This document shows, piece after piece, positions 1 to 12,359 of a stretch of DNA of 64,000 nt. A program made the translations under genes and the position numbers. Under the pieces are notes generated by a model. It did no database searches. It worked only from the letters and a program-made list of their open reading frames with translations, and was not told the DNA's origin. The first letter of the stretch is position 1. Each line of letters starts with the position of its first letter. Where the stretch lies: contig CM097886.1 of NCBI GenBank assembly GCA_044892525.1, positions 132,556,001 to 132,620,000 on the forward strand, read 5' to 3'. Source of the stretch: Schmidtea polychroa (lineage: Eukaryota).

Positions 1-240
1 CCAGCTATCAATAAGAAACTTCATTTTAATGGTGATATTTAGTATTTAATAGAGGAGTATATTGTAGAACTAATTACATGGACTCATATATTTACTCAGT
101 AATGCAAAACATCAAATGAAAAACCGTATTGAATTAATATACATTTACTAGATTCATACCTTTGCGAATTTATGTATCGTCACATGCAGGACGATGAGAT
201 TCTTATTCGTATTTCGGTATTTTTGATTAACAAATGTTTT
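1..240 (+). pseudogene. Merlin/ISXO2-like transposase C-terminal remnant
   Basis: 142-183 translates HLLDSYLCEFMYRH, matching the 'L.SYL.EF.YR' C-terminal motif of ISXO2/Merlin transposases; surrounding frames are broken. Confidence 0.5.
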
Positions 241-1329
241 GAATATGACTGGTATATGGCGTTCTCAAGTATCATTGAATACTTTTTGAGAGTGACAAGA
301 TAAATTAAGCTACATATTGCAAGTAGCTATCGTTGTACTGTGAAATAGATAAAACATAAATTATTTCACTCAATTTCAGTGCTGTAATCTGAAAAAATAA
401 TGATTTAAAATTTAAATGTATAATTAATGATATTGGGATAATGTTAATTTTAATTAAAAAAATTTATGGAAGATTAATAAATCATATTACGAATTTATAG
501 CTTTCAAATAAGCAATATCTAGAAAGAAAATGTGAGGCAACGAGTAATAGATACAATAATGCTACTATCTATCAGCACTTGAATATTTTACTCTTCTGCT
601 TCGTTACAAATTAGTTAAAATGATAAAAATTATAGTTGAACATACATTAGTTAATGAAATTTACCTTGGTTATCAGAGATTGGATAAAGGTACATGACAG
701 ACAAAATAAATCTACAAATGGATAACGACAGCTTTCACTTCTAGATTAAAATAATAACTGTTTGTTGAAATAGTTAGGATTAAAGAATTTGTAAATTTGA
801 AATCTTAAATAGTGATATTACTTAAACAAATTTTATTATTAAAATTATAAGCGTTTAGTTTTATTTAAAATAAATAATTGAAATTTACTAATTTTAATTA
901 TCTCACTATTAACACATCACATCACGAGCCGATTGCAGATCATGCCCAATAAAAAGTTATTTGTATGCCACGAGTCAAAATGAAACATTTATAAGAGTTG
1001 TATAGACTATCAAAAAACCAGGGTCGACTATATCGGTAATCCAAAGGTAGGTACCAAATGTTTTCTTGAGTAAATTAATATACAATGAAATATGTTTTTT
1101 TTAACTTATTGCGTTTTACCTAAATACTTTTGACTTTACTACTTGCTATTCTATATATAGACGCAAGTGTTTCTAACATTTGACACGCCCTTTTATGTTG
1201 TAGTGCTAGGCAGTGGCGGTCTGTGAAATAAGCCATGCTGTGATTGGTAGCAAAATTGGTACAGATACTAAAGCTGTCAACAATCATATATAAAACGATC
1301 CATAGCTCGGTGTTATGATACAACAGCTG

Positions 1330-1900
1330 TCATGAGCAAGGAACAAAATAGACTACAAGTTCATTTTCAAGAAGCAGTTTGCCATCCTTGTATATTATGT
1401 ACATTATTTTGAGCATCATTTACAACTGTGTTTGGAATTAAGCAGCACAGACATTCTAGGTGTTTTCACATTCTTTGAGTTAATAAATGAATTGAGCCAA
1501 GAATGGAATTATGGACTAAAGTCCAAACAGAGAAAGGTTTTCTGGTTATTAAACTTTCAATTGCACCACCGCAAATGGGAATCTAATGATGTCAGCATTT
1601 TTGCTACATCTGATCGGTTTGATTGCATACTTACTCTGTTGGATACCTTATTTCTGTGACATTTACAAGATGGGATGTGGAATGTACATTGGTTGTGAAT
1701 TGTATAATTTGTGGACACAGTTTACAAATTTGTTTTATTTGTGTTTCTTTCATGATATTTTTAGTGTCACATTCTTTGTCTAAATTGTTGCAATCTAAGA
1801 ATTTTGATTTGGCTTCTGCAATCGGCTTAGTTGCAGACACTGCCAATATATTACAGAAGAAGCGAATTTCTGGCGACAACAATCAATTTTAGGAAACTTT
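1330..1900 (+). pseudogene. hAT (ZMYM1-like) transposase remnant
   Basis: Fragments YVHYFEHHLQL (cf. VHC.AH.LNL) and LSKLLQSKNFDLASAIGLVADTANILQKKR in different frames. Confidence 0.55.
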
Positions 1901-4900
1901 CCAGAGTGCTCTGAACCACGTGTTTAATTATCCACTGTGGAGTGTACTACTGGTAGCAGAGTAATTTTTAGTTGAATCCCAAAGATTACTACATATAGCC
2001 TGTAGTTAATCCAGCACTGGACCATGTACTGGAAGAACTATGAAACTGTTTTAATCAAGACAAAAATTCTGTCACTCTGGACATTTTAACTTGTCACGCA
2101 CAAAGTTAGAAAATTAAATGAAAATTTAACAACAAAAATGGCAAATAAAATTGATAAAAAAATTTAAATCGAAATTAAATAGAATTAAAATAATTCAAAT
2201 TTGTTTTACTACCTCAATGCACACAGACAAATTTTCACAGAAAAATTAGACTATAGAAGCAGAAGCATTTGGGTAGACTCTAATTTATTTTGTATTACAT
2301 ATATGGTTTAACATAAATTACAAGTTTTATTGCTGTTTTTGATTTTTGTTTTTCTAGTTTCACTAGATGAGATGATTTCCAATAAATAATAACTTTTTCG
2401 GCCCACAACCACCATCATAAACTGTAAGTCAATGAGAAAGTAATACATTATGACTTACGAGGAGTTGTATGCAGTTTATCTGCACAGTTCACAATGTAGC
2501 TCCTTACACCAATGTGGACGTTAGTTAGTGAAGAAAGGAATGCTGTCGAGCTCGGATGTCTACTAGTGGAAGGACTTCACGACTTCGTGTTATGCTCACA
2601 ATAGGTAAGACGAGTAACCGTGGAACAATAATGTACAAGATCTAAAATTTAAATAAGGAGATCGAGAACTGCGTCAAGCTTTTTAGTTTATTCGTAGCTC
2701 CAAGTTCTCAAATATAACATATAAGGACTTTTCACATTAGTGTCCTGTATGCCATGTGGGGCGACCAACTTTTATTTAAAGGACTCATAGTTCACCACCG
2801 ACACACATATGTAAACTTTACATTAAATTGTGATGAATTTTATAAATAAAACACTACAATATCGTCCCCCTAATGTCCTGTGAGCTGTGGTAGCAAGTAA
2901 TTAAAATCTAACATGACTTAAGTTCTCAACAAAAGAATAAAAATGGTAAAATCTTTTTGTTATGCGAATAGTTATCGTTTATCGATGACGAGGACAACCC
3001 TAATAAAACAGATTTACGATCTATTACACATCGTTCTAGAGTGATTATCTGACTTTAAAATTCGGTAATGCTAGAATGATCAGACTTTCATACATAGATT
3101 ACAACTCATTGACTCTTAACGATGTGGCAGTAAAAGGGAAAGATAAATGCTGAAAGATAAGGGCAGATCCCTGCTCAAAGTTTTTATACTAACATTGAAC
3201 AACATTATTGCAAGAAACTTAAGACAAAACCTTCAAACGGGAAAATAAGGGTGGATCCCTCCGCAAAATGTTTTGAAGCATAGTATAATATCAAGTAATG
3301 AGGGAACTCAGCATGTACTGATCGTCATGAAAAATATAATTCCATTATAAATTTGTGAGTCTCGTAATCGAGTAAATGGATGGTCTTCTAGCGAGTACGG
3401 TAGAATTTCTGTTTAAATCTTGTCATTTGAAAATTTTTGATAGGAAGAACTTTAGTCAAAACGCTAGATATTAGAGTTAAATTAGTGAAAATATTAAATT
3501 AACTTCAATATTCTCGCAATGACCATTAGCACCGAAAATCGTAAATTTGATGACCTAGTCGCTGTGAAGCAAACCAAACATTTCTTTAATTTTCCTGTAA
3601 ATAACATCCGAGAGAGCCACAGATAAAAGGCATGACTATTAAATCTGGGAGCTACTAGAATCTACACGAGTAGGCCATTATGCGCAATTTGAAAAAAGCC
3701 TTTAATTTTGATGTCAAATAAAAAGGTTTATTGAAAAACTGTCAACTTTTACTTTTTATTGAGATTTAAAATAAATTATCATATTTTAAATAAATCAATA
3801 CCGGGATTATAGTACAAAGGTACACTCACTTTTCAGGAGCATTCACCCATCCGACACTATTCAAATGTTTATCATTCAACGAGTGTCGAATTGTACGGTA
3901 AACCATTGTATTCTGGGTTGATCTGGTGATAACACGACAAGGTAAATGTGTTTAGCCATATTAAAATATTAATCTCATCAAAATAGATACTTTCAGTAAT
4001 TATTATCACATTCACGTGTTTTATATAAATTTGTTCATTATTAGTTCACACAAAGCATGTTAACATTAAGATAAAATCTAAAGCGGAGCTTAAATTTTTT
4101 GGAGATTCAAAAAGTATTTAAAATCTAGTTATAATATTATGAAAGCCCAGGCAAACTCTTACAACTTAAAAAAAGAGATTTCTTTTGAAAAGCACCAACT
4201 CAAAGTATTTCTGTCGATCAACACTCCTTTATTTCACTTTAATGATCCAGAATTTTAATCACTTTTCAGTCATTTTGGAGTAAAATTCTACATATTTTGG
4301 CAATAATTTGTTGGCCGAAATCAATAATAAGTAACAAATATTCAGTTCAAATTATTTTTGCAGGATTAATAACATATCATTTGAAAATTTATTTAATTAA
4401 CAAGAGGGAATTGAAATGTGACCAGTCCATGAATTCTTATTTGGTTTTACAATTTGCTTCTGATGCTTTAACAAAGTATAAAATTGGGTTTGATAAGGTG
4501 AGCTTATTACTATCGGGCGCAGCTAAGTATATAATCAAGGCAGGAATAGAATATAAAGAACTCGCAATAAACTCTTTATATAACTTGCTTCGCTCATTAA
4601 ATTCATAATTGTGGAATAAATAAAGTCATATCGTGTTAGCATGAAATTAAACAATTGGTAGTTCATTGTCAGTAATAGTCAATTTTGCTCAAATCAGCCA
4701 TTTGCTACCATAAAAATTTACAAGTAATAGAAATTATAAACGAAATTGACTTTATTGAGATATTTCTATTACTCCTATTGTCATCATCAATGAACCTGGT
4801 AATTTCCCGCGAAGTGCTGAGTAAAAGAATTTTCTTTTATCAATAAAGTACTAACTTAAACTTTCACCAGCTTCCAAATTTAGGGAAGTCATTCTTGATT

Positions 4901-4923
4901 TTCTCTCATTTCTTTAATAGATA

Positions 4924-5275
4924 CCATGCTACCTATGCACGCTCCGATAAAAATTCACAGCTAGCGCTGGTCAAGGAGAATCTTCTGCTTCATGCCAAGA
5001 TCAATCGTCTGGAGAGCACGTGGTTTTCATCTCTCCACAGATGCAAGAAAAGATAAAGGAAATCCACCGTCTTGAGCACTGCAGGAACAGTCTCATTTCG
5101 GAAAATATGGAACTTAGGGCTTTGTACCAGGTGTATACTGCCAGAGTACTGGGTTCTTGGGTATCTGGTTACAAAGCCATGGCCAGTAATACTGTCGACT
5201 AGCAACTAGTGCCCGACGTTCTCGCTCCGTCAGTCTGTGCAGGGTGCTCATAGTCAATATATTCCGCCGCCCCTG
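4924..5275 (+). pseudogene. Degenerate, isolated copy of the EGTWFSP coiled-coil family
   Basis: Frameshifted fragments PCYLC / SDKNSQL...INRLESTWFS / MQEKIKEIHRLEHCRNSLISE align with PCFSCADKN...LYEGTWFSP...KILRLEHCRDSLLEE of ORF 18242. Confidence 0.7.
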
Positions 5276-5634
5276 CTTGATTTATTGAGATATTGTTCTT
5301 GAATTAATTTAGTTTAATTAAATAATTTTCGTACTTTTTCTTTGATTTATCGTCAAATTTCATCAATTGGTGAATCATAGGTAAGTTTTATTAAATTCAA
5401 CTTAATGAACATGTTTTAATCATAATTCGTTACTAAATTAGTATTTCTCGTAAATTCTTCGCGATTAAAATAAGTTTTATACACTTAGAAAGTTATAGCT
5501 AAAGTAATTTCAAAGCTGAAAAATATTTTTCTTCCATTATAAGTTATTTGACAAAATTCTACAATAATATTAACAGTTGATGATTAAATAAATCATAAAT
5601 TTTATTTGGGATTTTTTTTAACGAAGAGAGAATC

Positions 5635-6369
5635 TCATTTATTAATATTAAACAACCCTGGGATCCAATATGAACGCCCACTATAATCATCAATCCACGC
5701 AATTCCTTCCTTAATTAAATATTCAACTGCTTGCTGTGATCTTTCTTCACTCCAATTAAGCTTTTCTGAACACAAAACAATATCGATTCGGCCATTTTGA
5801 TCTTGAGCAAATTTCAACAAATTTGTTTGATCCATATTCAACTCACCAGGTACAGATTGAACTAATTGCCGGTCTCGAGATAATGTGATTAGAGAAAATC
5901 CATTACCCAGAATTTTAATAGATTTGATAGATCTAATAACATCGTCTTTGCAAATAGTTTCTATTTCCATTTTGCTGCGGGTTCTATTCAACCTTGCCAC
6001 TAAATCATCGAGATCCATCAATCCCCCGTTATATTTAGATGTTGCCATTGTAATTTCAATTATCCGAATAGCCAAATGATAATAAAAATCACCAACACCA
6101 AGCATTTCTGCCCAAAAGCCTTTGCTAGACGCTAATGGATCAACCCCTATGGATGAACACATAGATTGAAATTGTGAACGAAATTCGGGATTCCTTTTTA
6201 TTTCGTTCTTATGTTTGACAGCAAACTCTTCTAAATGCGTTTTGAAAGATTCAAACTGTTTAACCAAACTAGCAAAATTTAATTCAGCAATTTCATTGGC
6301 CTTACTTTTGTATCTCGCTGCTGCTGCTTCTTTGTTTTTAATAGCAGCTATACCAACATTTCTACGCAT
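5635..6369 (-). CDS. SNF8: ESCRT-II subunit SNF8/VPS22/EAP30, intronless, 244 aa
   Basis: MRRNVGIAAI N-terminus, FKTHLEEFAVKHKNEIKRNPEFRSQFQSMCSSIGVDPLASSKGFWAEMLGVGDFYY, VQSVPGELNMDQ and GIAWID..YWIPGLF are characteristic; full length. Confidence 0.96.
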   Translation of the reverse strand: MRRNVGIAAIKNKEAAAARYKSKANEIAELNFASLVKQFESFKTHLEEFAVKHKNEIKRNPEFRSQFQSMCSSIGVDPLASSKGFWAEMLGVGDFYYHLAIRIIEITMATSKYNGGLMDLDDLVARLNRTRSKMEIETICKDDVIRSIKSIKILGNGFSLITLSRDRQLVQSVPGELNMDQTNLLKFAQDQNGRIDIVLCSEKLNWSEERSQQAVEYLIKEGIAWIDDYSGRSYWIPGLFNINK

Positions 6370-7138
6370 TTATATGTATATTAAGGTTTAACAAAATATT
6401 ATCAATAGGGGAATCAATTTTAAATTTATTGTTAAAAATAATACAACTTTGTTAATTTAAAACAAATAATATATTTCATATTAATTTCCAGCTTTCATTT
6501 TATACACAAGAATAAAATAAGTATTTTAAAAAATAAAAAGTATTTAATAAAATTTCACTAAGTTTTTTGAGTATTAAAGGGAAAAATAAAGGTAATAAAA
6601 TCCCTATAAATATTATTATTTATTCGTGAATAATATAAAATTTTTTATTCTTTAAACCACGACATCCTCAGTGAAGTTTCATATGTGGTATTGGGATTAC
6701 GAAATTATCATACCTACCGCACTAGACTAGAAACAACCCTCTTCTGGCGGATTTCTTGGCAACTATAAAAAGTTTTGAACCAATGTTTACAAAGAGTGAT
6801 ATAAAATCAACCTTTTGAGAATATTTATTATTGTTGATTTGCAAAAAGCTTTTAGTAGCTAAGTTGAATAGTGTATTGTTATACAGACAAATTTCGTCCA
6901 TCCAACAACTTATTATTCGTAGAAAAAATTGGCTAATATTGCATGTAACCAAAGAAATTTTATTTATTAATAGCATCACAGAGCAAGGGCCCACTTAAAA
7001 TCCATTTATCACCTCACTAAATTGGACATGAGTTAGAAAATAACAGGTTTCAAAAAATAAAAATCATTTAGAACATTTTAACAATCAAAATTAAGCCATA
7101 AAAATTTATTTATTATAATATTCATTTTAATTCAAAAC

Positions 7139-7681
7139 TTAGATTGGCCTGTATAATTTGGGTGACTGGAACTCATCCCCACTGTCAATTTGAGAAAATG
7201 ACCTCTTTTTAAGCAATTCTTCTTTATGCTCAATAACCTTTGGTAAAGAATTACGATTTTTCAATTTCGGTTTTCTTCTAAGCTGAGGCGCTGTTAACGA
7301 AAACTTTCCCATTTGACTAATGTCTAATTTATTTGGAGGAGTCAAATTTATGTTAAATGGTAGAATATCATCAGAAAACTCATTGAGATTTAATTCATTG
7401 GATACCAGAACTAATTTAATTTCTTGAAACGGAATTCTTTTGGAATTCCTTTGTAATTGATATGGAAACTTTGAAACAAAGAAACTGGTACATATAGGAT
7501 TTATACAATCTTTGGGTAAACATAATTTTTCTACATGATCACAAATAGGTGTTAAATTTTCTTTGTTAATTTCATCCTTATCTAAAATTAATTTTGAAAA
7601 TGTAAGAAGTTTAATATCATAATTTTATTACAGAAAAATATTACAAAAAATATTAAAATTATACTATTTACCTAAATTCAT
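7139..7681 (-). CDS. Hypothetical 150-aa protein, two exons (7681-7672, 7581-7139)
   Basis: The listed ORF extends open upstream to 7581; ATG AAT TTA G|GTAAAT...TTTTAG|AT joins in frame (90-nt AT-rich intron) giving MNLDKDEINKENLTPICDHVEKLCLPKDCINPICTSFF...SPKLYRPI. Confidence 0.5.
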
Positions 7682-8513
7682 TTTAAAAATGTAAAATTAC
7701 ATATTAAAACATATAAATTAAAAAATATTAAATTAAATTATTATTTTAAAATGAAATGTAAATTAAATTTTTAGACAGTGTTATCAAAATCTAAAAATTT
7801 TTTAAAATTCAAATGACTTAATTAAAATAAGCTTAATTAGCAGGGTTACAATTCAGTTTGATTTTGTTTGAAAATATTTTTAATTCCAAATAGGTCTAGA
7901 TCGTGGGTGGTCAACAGGCAAACGCATTTATAAATTATTAACATTGCACTCAAATTCAGAGATTACAATGGTGTAAAATTAAACCGGTAAATATAGAGCC
8001 GAGCCGTGGATGCATTGGAAAATGTTTTGAAACCAGAAAGAAGAACAAAATTCATCATGTTCTCACCCGTTTCTACCTCTATGTGAACCTGACTTTGCTA
8101 TGTTGGGGTTCGTTTAGAGTGGCACAAAAGAAATATGTATATGCAAATCGATTAAATGTCAAAACTTATAAAAATTCAAAATTCATTATTTAAAACTTTA
8201 AAAAATGACGTATTTTCAGAAAACAGGAATTGTGGATGGCAATTAATGAGATAAATTCAAATACGATAGTGTAAAATTAATGAGGGTCCCGAGAATAAGA
8301 TATTCAAAAAATACTTATTAATTTAAAATAATTTAGTAGCTATGTGGAAAACCCGAGCCATGTGAAGAGACCGAGTGATAATTTAAAAATTAATGAGATC
8401 AACACATCCTCAAGAAATCAATAAAGAAATTAACTTTTTGAATATTAAATAAGTCGAAATGCAGAAAACTAGATGTTGCTTTCCTAATTGTCTTGTTTTC
8501 AACAAAATATACT

Positions 8514-9029
8514 TTATATAATTATGTTGGTATTTGATAATTGAATTATCGTGTTTGCGAAAATTGGTGTTAATTTTACACTATAAAAAGCATGGATAAT
8601 AGTGGTCAATTGCAGCATTGTCGAAGAGAAAATTCCGTAGAGAATTATTCCAAGAATTTTCAGAGAAAAGAATGAAGTTAGAGCTAGTGAGTCAGCTTTC
8701 CTTTTGAAAATACCTGCCATGAGGCATTTATTTAAAGTACATGTAAAAATTAAAATATTCTTAGCAATCTTGTTAGAAATTGTAATGAAATTAAATAAAG
8801 TCTATTGTATTAGGTGTCATTGTTTTAATTCAACTAAAGATCCTATGGAGTTAGAGTGTATTACCAACTTTACAATGATTACCCAATAAATATTAATGGG
8901 CACATTGCCAAATACGCAAGTGCCTTGCCACCTTGACACTATTTGCTCACAAGATAACATAAAATGGTTTTTATGGTAATTCAAAAGAACAGCTGCAATG
9001 AAAAAATAAAACACAGATCCTATGAACAT
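8514..9029 (-). pseudogene. Hydrophobic multi-TM reading frame broken by two in-frame stops
   Basis: ORFs 8817-9029 and 8514-8720 are in the same frame, separated by TGA and TAG; about four hydrophobic segments and an SCEQ...C loop after the first. Confidence 0.3.
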
Positions 9030-9755
9030 ACAGATTTAAACATATTTTACAAATAGTTACGACAGAGTTGATAATTTTTATTTACGATAATCTTAGCAAT
9101 AGTTAGTTATTAGTCGTTGGTTACATTAGATTTATTACTGTCATACATAATACGACAGAATAACTTTATAAATCATTAATAAATTACGAATATATACTTT
9201 ATATTGTTGGGCCAAACTTCGAGAGTGTTGGAAATCAGGTTAGGGATGAATAAAAGGGATAAAATAAATTGCACGAAAATAGCGGAAAAATATAAGAACA
9301 ACTAAATTGGATAACAATAAAAGAAATAAGAATATAAAGGGAATAAAAATAACTAATAAAATAATAAAATTTATAAGACGAAAAATAAGATGAAAAAAGA
9401 AAATTACCCAACACACATAATAGCAGAAGGAAATAAAATAATAAAATTTAAGGAAAATAAACAAGAAATCAGGAAATAAAATAGAAATAAAACCATTTTC
9501 AAATAGATGTATAGGCTAATTAAAACAAAAAATTATACTATAACCAAATAGCAATAAATTCGCAGGAAAAACAGGAGAAAAATAATAAAAAATAGGAAAA
9601 TAAATAAAATAATAATAAAAATAAGAAAAGTCATTAAAAACTAGCATATTACATAAAAAAAACATAAAAATAATAATAAATAATAACATTACACACAAGT
9701 CGCGTCCTGATTGAACGAAGAATAGTATAAAAGGAATGTGAAAAATCTGTAGAGT

Positions 9756-9870
9756 ATCATTTTTAACCCGAACTCTACAGGTAAGAAATTCTTTGTAATT
9801 ATCATTTTTAACCCGAACTCTACAGGTAAGAAATTCTTTGTAAATATCATTTTTAACCCGAACTCTACAG
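9756..9870 (+). repeat. 45-bp tandem repeat, about 2.5 copies
   Basis: Unit atcatttttaacccgaactctacaggtaagaaattctttgtaa(t/a)t starts at 9756, 9801, 9846; gives the 15-aa repeat CRVRVKND.YKEFLT in minus ORF 9516-9953. Confidence 0.9.
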
Positions 9871-10195
9871 GGACGACATTCCAGAATCACTTCTAACCGA
9901 AACTCTACAGGAACCACTTTACAACCGACCCGAACTAAATAGCAGCGTAACATTTGTACTTACAACTCGACAACAACATTTACCAGGATCCAACTAAGCC
10001 AAGGAAGAAATTCGATTAAAATCTGATACTCGAAAGCCTGATTTTCTATACTCTCGAAGGGAATCTTTAGTAAGTATGTTGACTCATTGAATTTTAGTTG
10101 AATTTTATTATGATGCGACTGCAAATCAAAAGTCAAAAACATTTTAGTTCAATAAAATTTTATTTATGACACGACGACTCTCTTTCTCTATGGTG

Positions 10196-10396
10196 CTGGC
10201 GACGATGTCGTCAGGGAGTCCGATATGATGCGGCGAATTTGGATTACGAAGAGGATATGCAAGCGAATGCCTGAATATGAAAACTTGAATCGAAAATGTT
10301 GCATGAGTGAGGAGTGTTATATGCTCCAAGTGATGGAGGTACAATGATTATTGTCAGGAGGCATCATATCCGACACTCATACGGCGTCGTCGCCAG
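10196..10396 (+). other. Long stem-loop (arms 10196-10231 / 10361-10396)
   Basis: ctggcgacgatgtcgt pairs with acggcgtcgtcgccag (16 bp, two G-U); gatatgatgc pairs with gcatcatatc. Confidence 0.75.
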
Positions 10397-10526
10397 GTAA
10401 TTAATATTTTTCAATTGATAAATATGTTTCCTGAAGTTGTATTATTTATAAGATTATTCCAATTATTTTTCTGAGAGAGTCAGTGATGATAGAGGTATTG
10501 AGTAATGATGGTAGAGATAGATTCGT

Positions 10527-10588
10527 CCCTCCTGACGGTCCAAGAGCGGTGGCAGAAATGTATGCCGTTCTTGGGTGGGTCAGGAGGG
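10527..10588 (+). other. 62-nt hairpin
   Basis: ccctcctgac/gtcaggaggg, ccaagagc/gttcttgg and ggca/tgcc stems. Confidence 0.75.
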
Positions 10589-11498
10589 GTGAGGACATCT
10601 AGCGAACGACAGAAATTGGTTGGGAAAAGTCCTTGCATCGAGTGCGATCAACTACTTTTGTCGTCGAACGGATATTCCAGGAAAATGAGTAGCCACGAAG
10701 ATAAATCCCCAGAGAGCTCCAGAGAGATTTCGAATTGAACCCTCTCAGCACTATATTCCAATCGTCGATTGATTGCGCTTGAAAATTAGTATCCACTTCT
10801 TCTTGCACTCCTCGAAAAATCGTCGACTGAATATCCAATCGCTAGGAGTCGGTAGTTGTATAAAAATTCTAACGAGGCGCGCCGGAGATATCATATAGTC
10901 CGAGATCTTCTAGGATGTACATCGCAGACGGTAGCAACTAGCTCCATTTTTCTTGATGACTATCGGGTTCGAGTGAACGTATCGATAAATCTTGGCAGGT
11001 CGTTATCAGCGCTAGTAAGCCAACCCAGACAACATGATAAATGTTCTTAATAATTAATCAAAGTGATTACTGTAACCTGAGAGAAATTTATCATCGCTAT
11101 CATCGAGTAAACACCGATTCGTTTCCTCGTAGCTTAACACCGAACACTGCAGACGACCAGGAATGCTTCGATAAATTATCCAGCGTGTAGATTGCGAAGG
11201 AAGGCCCTCGAGTGAATGAGAATACAACACTTATCGCAATGTCAATAGAGTAGGGAAAATCCGATTACAAAGGCAAGATTTATCCGATCGTCTAACTGCT
11301 AGTCTACATACTCACAGTCATTGATCTCCTATTATCACAACGACCACTCTTTATGTCTGTCTGCGACAGCCGGCAGTGAGGCTGAACGTCACGATTGATA
11401 AAACTGACGACTCGTACATGCACCCAACAACTTTTCCTCGATGAAATAAAAAGTAGTCTACATCATTAGCATGATAACTGTTTTCTGTAACTTCATCT

Positions 11499-11521
11499 AA
11501 AAAAAAAAAAAAAAAAAAAAA
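11499..11521 (+). repeat. Poly(A) run, possible retroposition tail
   Basis: 23 consecutive A, about 50 nt after AATAAA at 11445. Confidence 0.6.
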
Positions 11522-12187
11522 TCAAATTTTATTTCAATAAATTGGCGGGCCACTTGGCCAAAAAGGGGAGAACTTCTCACCCTTGGAGTTCTGCAGCTTT
11601 TAATCTTTCAACTGCTATTGCTGGAATTGAAACTCCCGCAATTGTACGTGGTTACAGACGGGATAAGCGGAGTTGATCGGATTGGTAGTATTGTCGAAGT
11701 CTGAGTTAGCGTTGACAATTGAGTTAACCGTCTCGATCAATTGATTTAGGGCATCAGGGGTAAGGTTCTGATTGAAGAGATTAGGTTGCAGATGATGATT
11801 TTATCATAAGTATAATTTTCGGAAGTTTCTGGACAAGATTGATATTATTGACGGGTTTTTTCGGTCCGCCAATTGAGAGGAGTACCGGATCGTACGGGAT
11901 AATATCTGAAATAAATAAATGTCGGGGCAGGAAGGCTCCCTTGCAAATCTATATAGCGCTTATTATAATACTTATTATATTATATATTGTAAGGAGTTGG
12001 TGAAGGTTGGGACAAGTATAGATAGTAGTATTAGTTGGTAGTATTAGTGATTATAGTAGCGATAGTATAATAAAGATCATCATAGTATTGATAAGAACAA
12101 CTAAAAAGACCACCAAATAGGCAGAACCCCTACAAGGATTCCTACATAGACCCATTCGGTGATTGGCACACGCAGTACATTATTAAT
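11522..12187 (-). mobile_element. Possible degenerate non-LTR retroelement fragment or 3' region
   Basis: Broken frames (FISDIIPYDPVLLSIG; TPDALNQLIETVNSIVNANS) loosely recall the APE-RT linker of LINEs; ends ...gaaataaaatttga(T)n on minus. Confidence 0.3.
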
Positions 12188-12359
12188 NNNNNNNNNNNNN
12201 NNNNNNNNNNNNNNNNNNNNNNNNNNNNNNNNNNNNNNNNNNNNNNNNNNNNNNNNNNNNNNNNNNNNNNNNNNNNNNNNNNNNNNNNNNNNNNNNNNNN
12301 NNNNNNNNNNNNNNNNNNNNNNNNNNNNNNNNNNNNNNNNNNNNNNNNNNNNNNNNNNN
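12188..12359. other. Assembly gap (others at 28379-28570, 62605-62799, 63478-63622)
   Basis: N runs. Confidence 0.99.

Larger units (their letters stand above)
9240..11521. mobile_element. Unclassified repeat family 2, copy A (hairpin-bearing element)
   Basis: Colinear similarity with about 15250-17000 (A-rich block, CTGTAGAGT hairpin, long stem, GAGCGG hairpin, 'catcgagtgcgatc'); ends in AATAAA (11445-11450) and an A23 run. Boundaries approximate. Confidence 0.6.

Noticed and set aside
1951-1961. tRNA-iMet primer-binding site TGGTAGCAGAG
   Set aside because: Not preceded by an LTR-ending CA and no gag/pol follows.
9240-9953. Mitochondrial insertion (T-rich hydrophobic frames)
   Set aside because: No cox/cob/nad motifs recognisable; the region belongs to repeated family 2.
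10921-10980. Gypsy RT-like NPIVIKKNGASCYRL on minus
   Set aside because: No downstream LD..F or YxDD motifs, and no counterpart in copy B.
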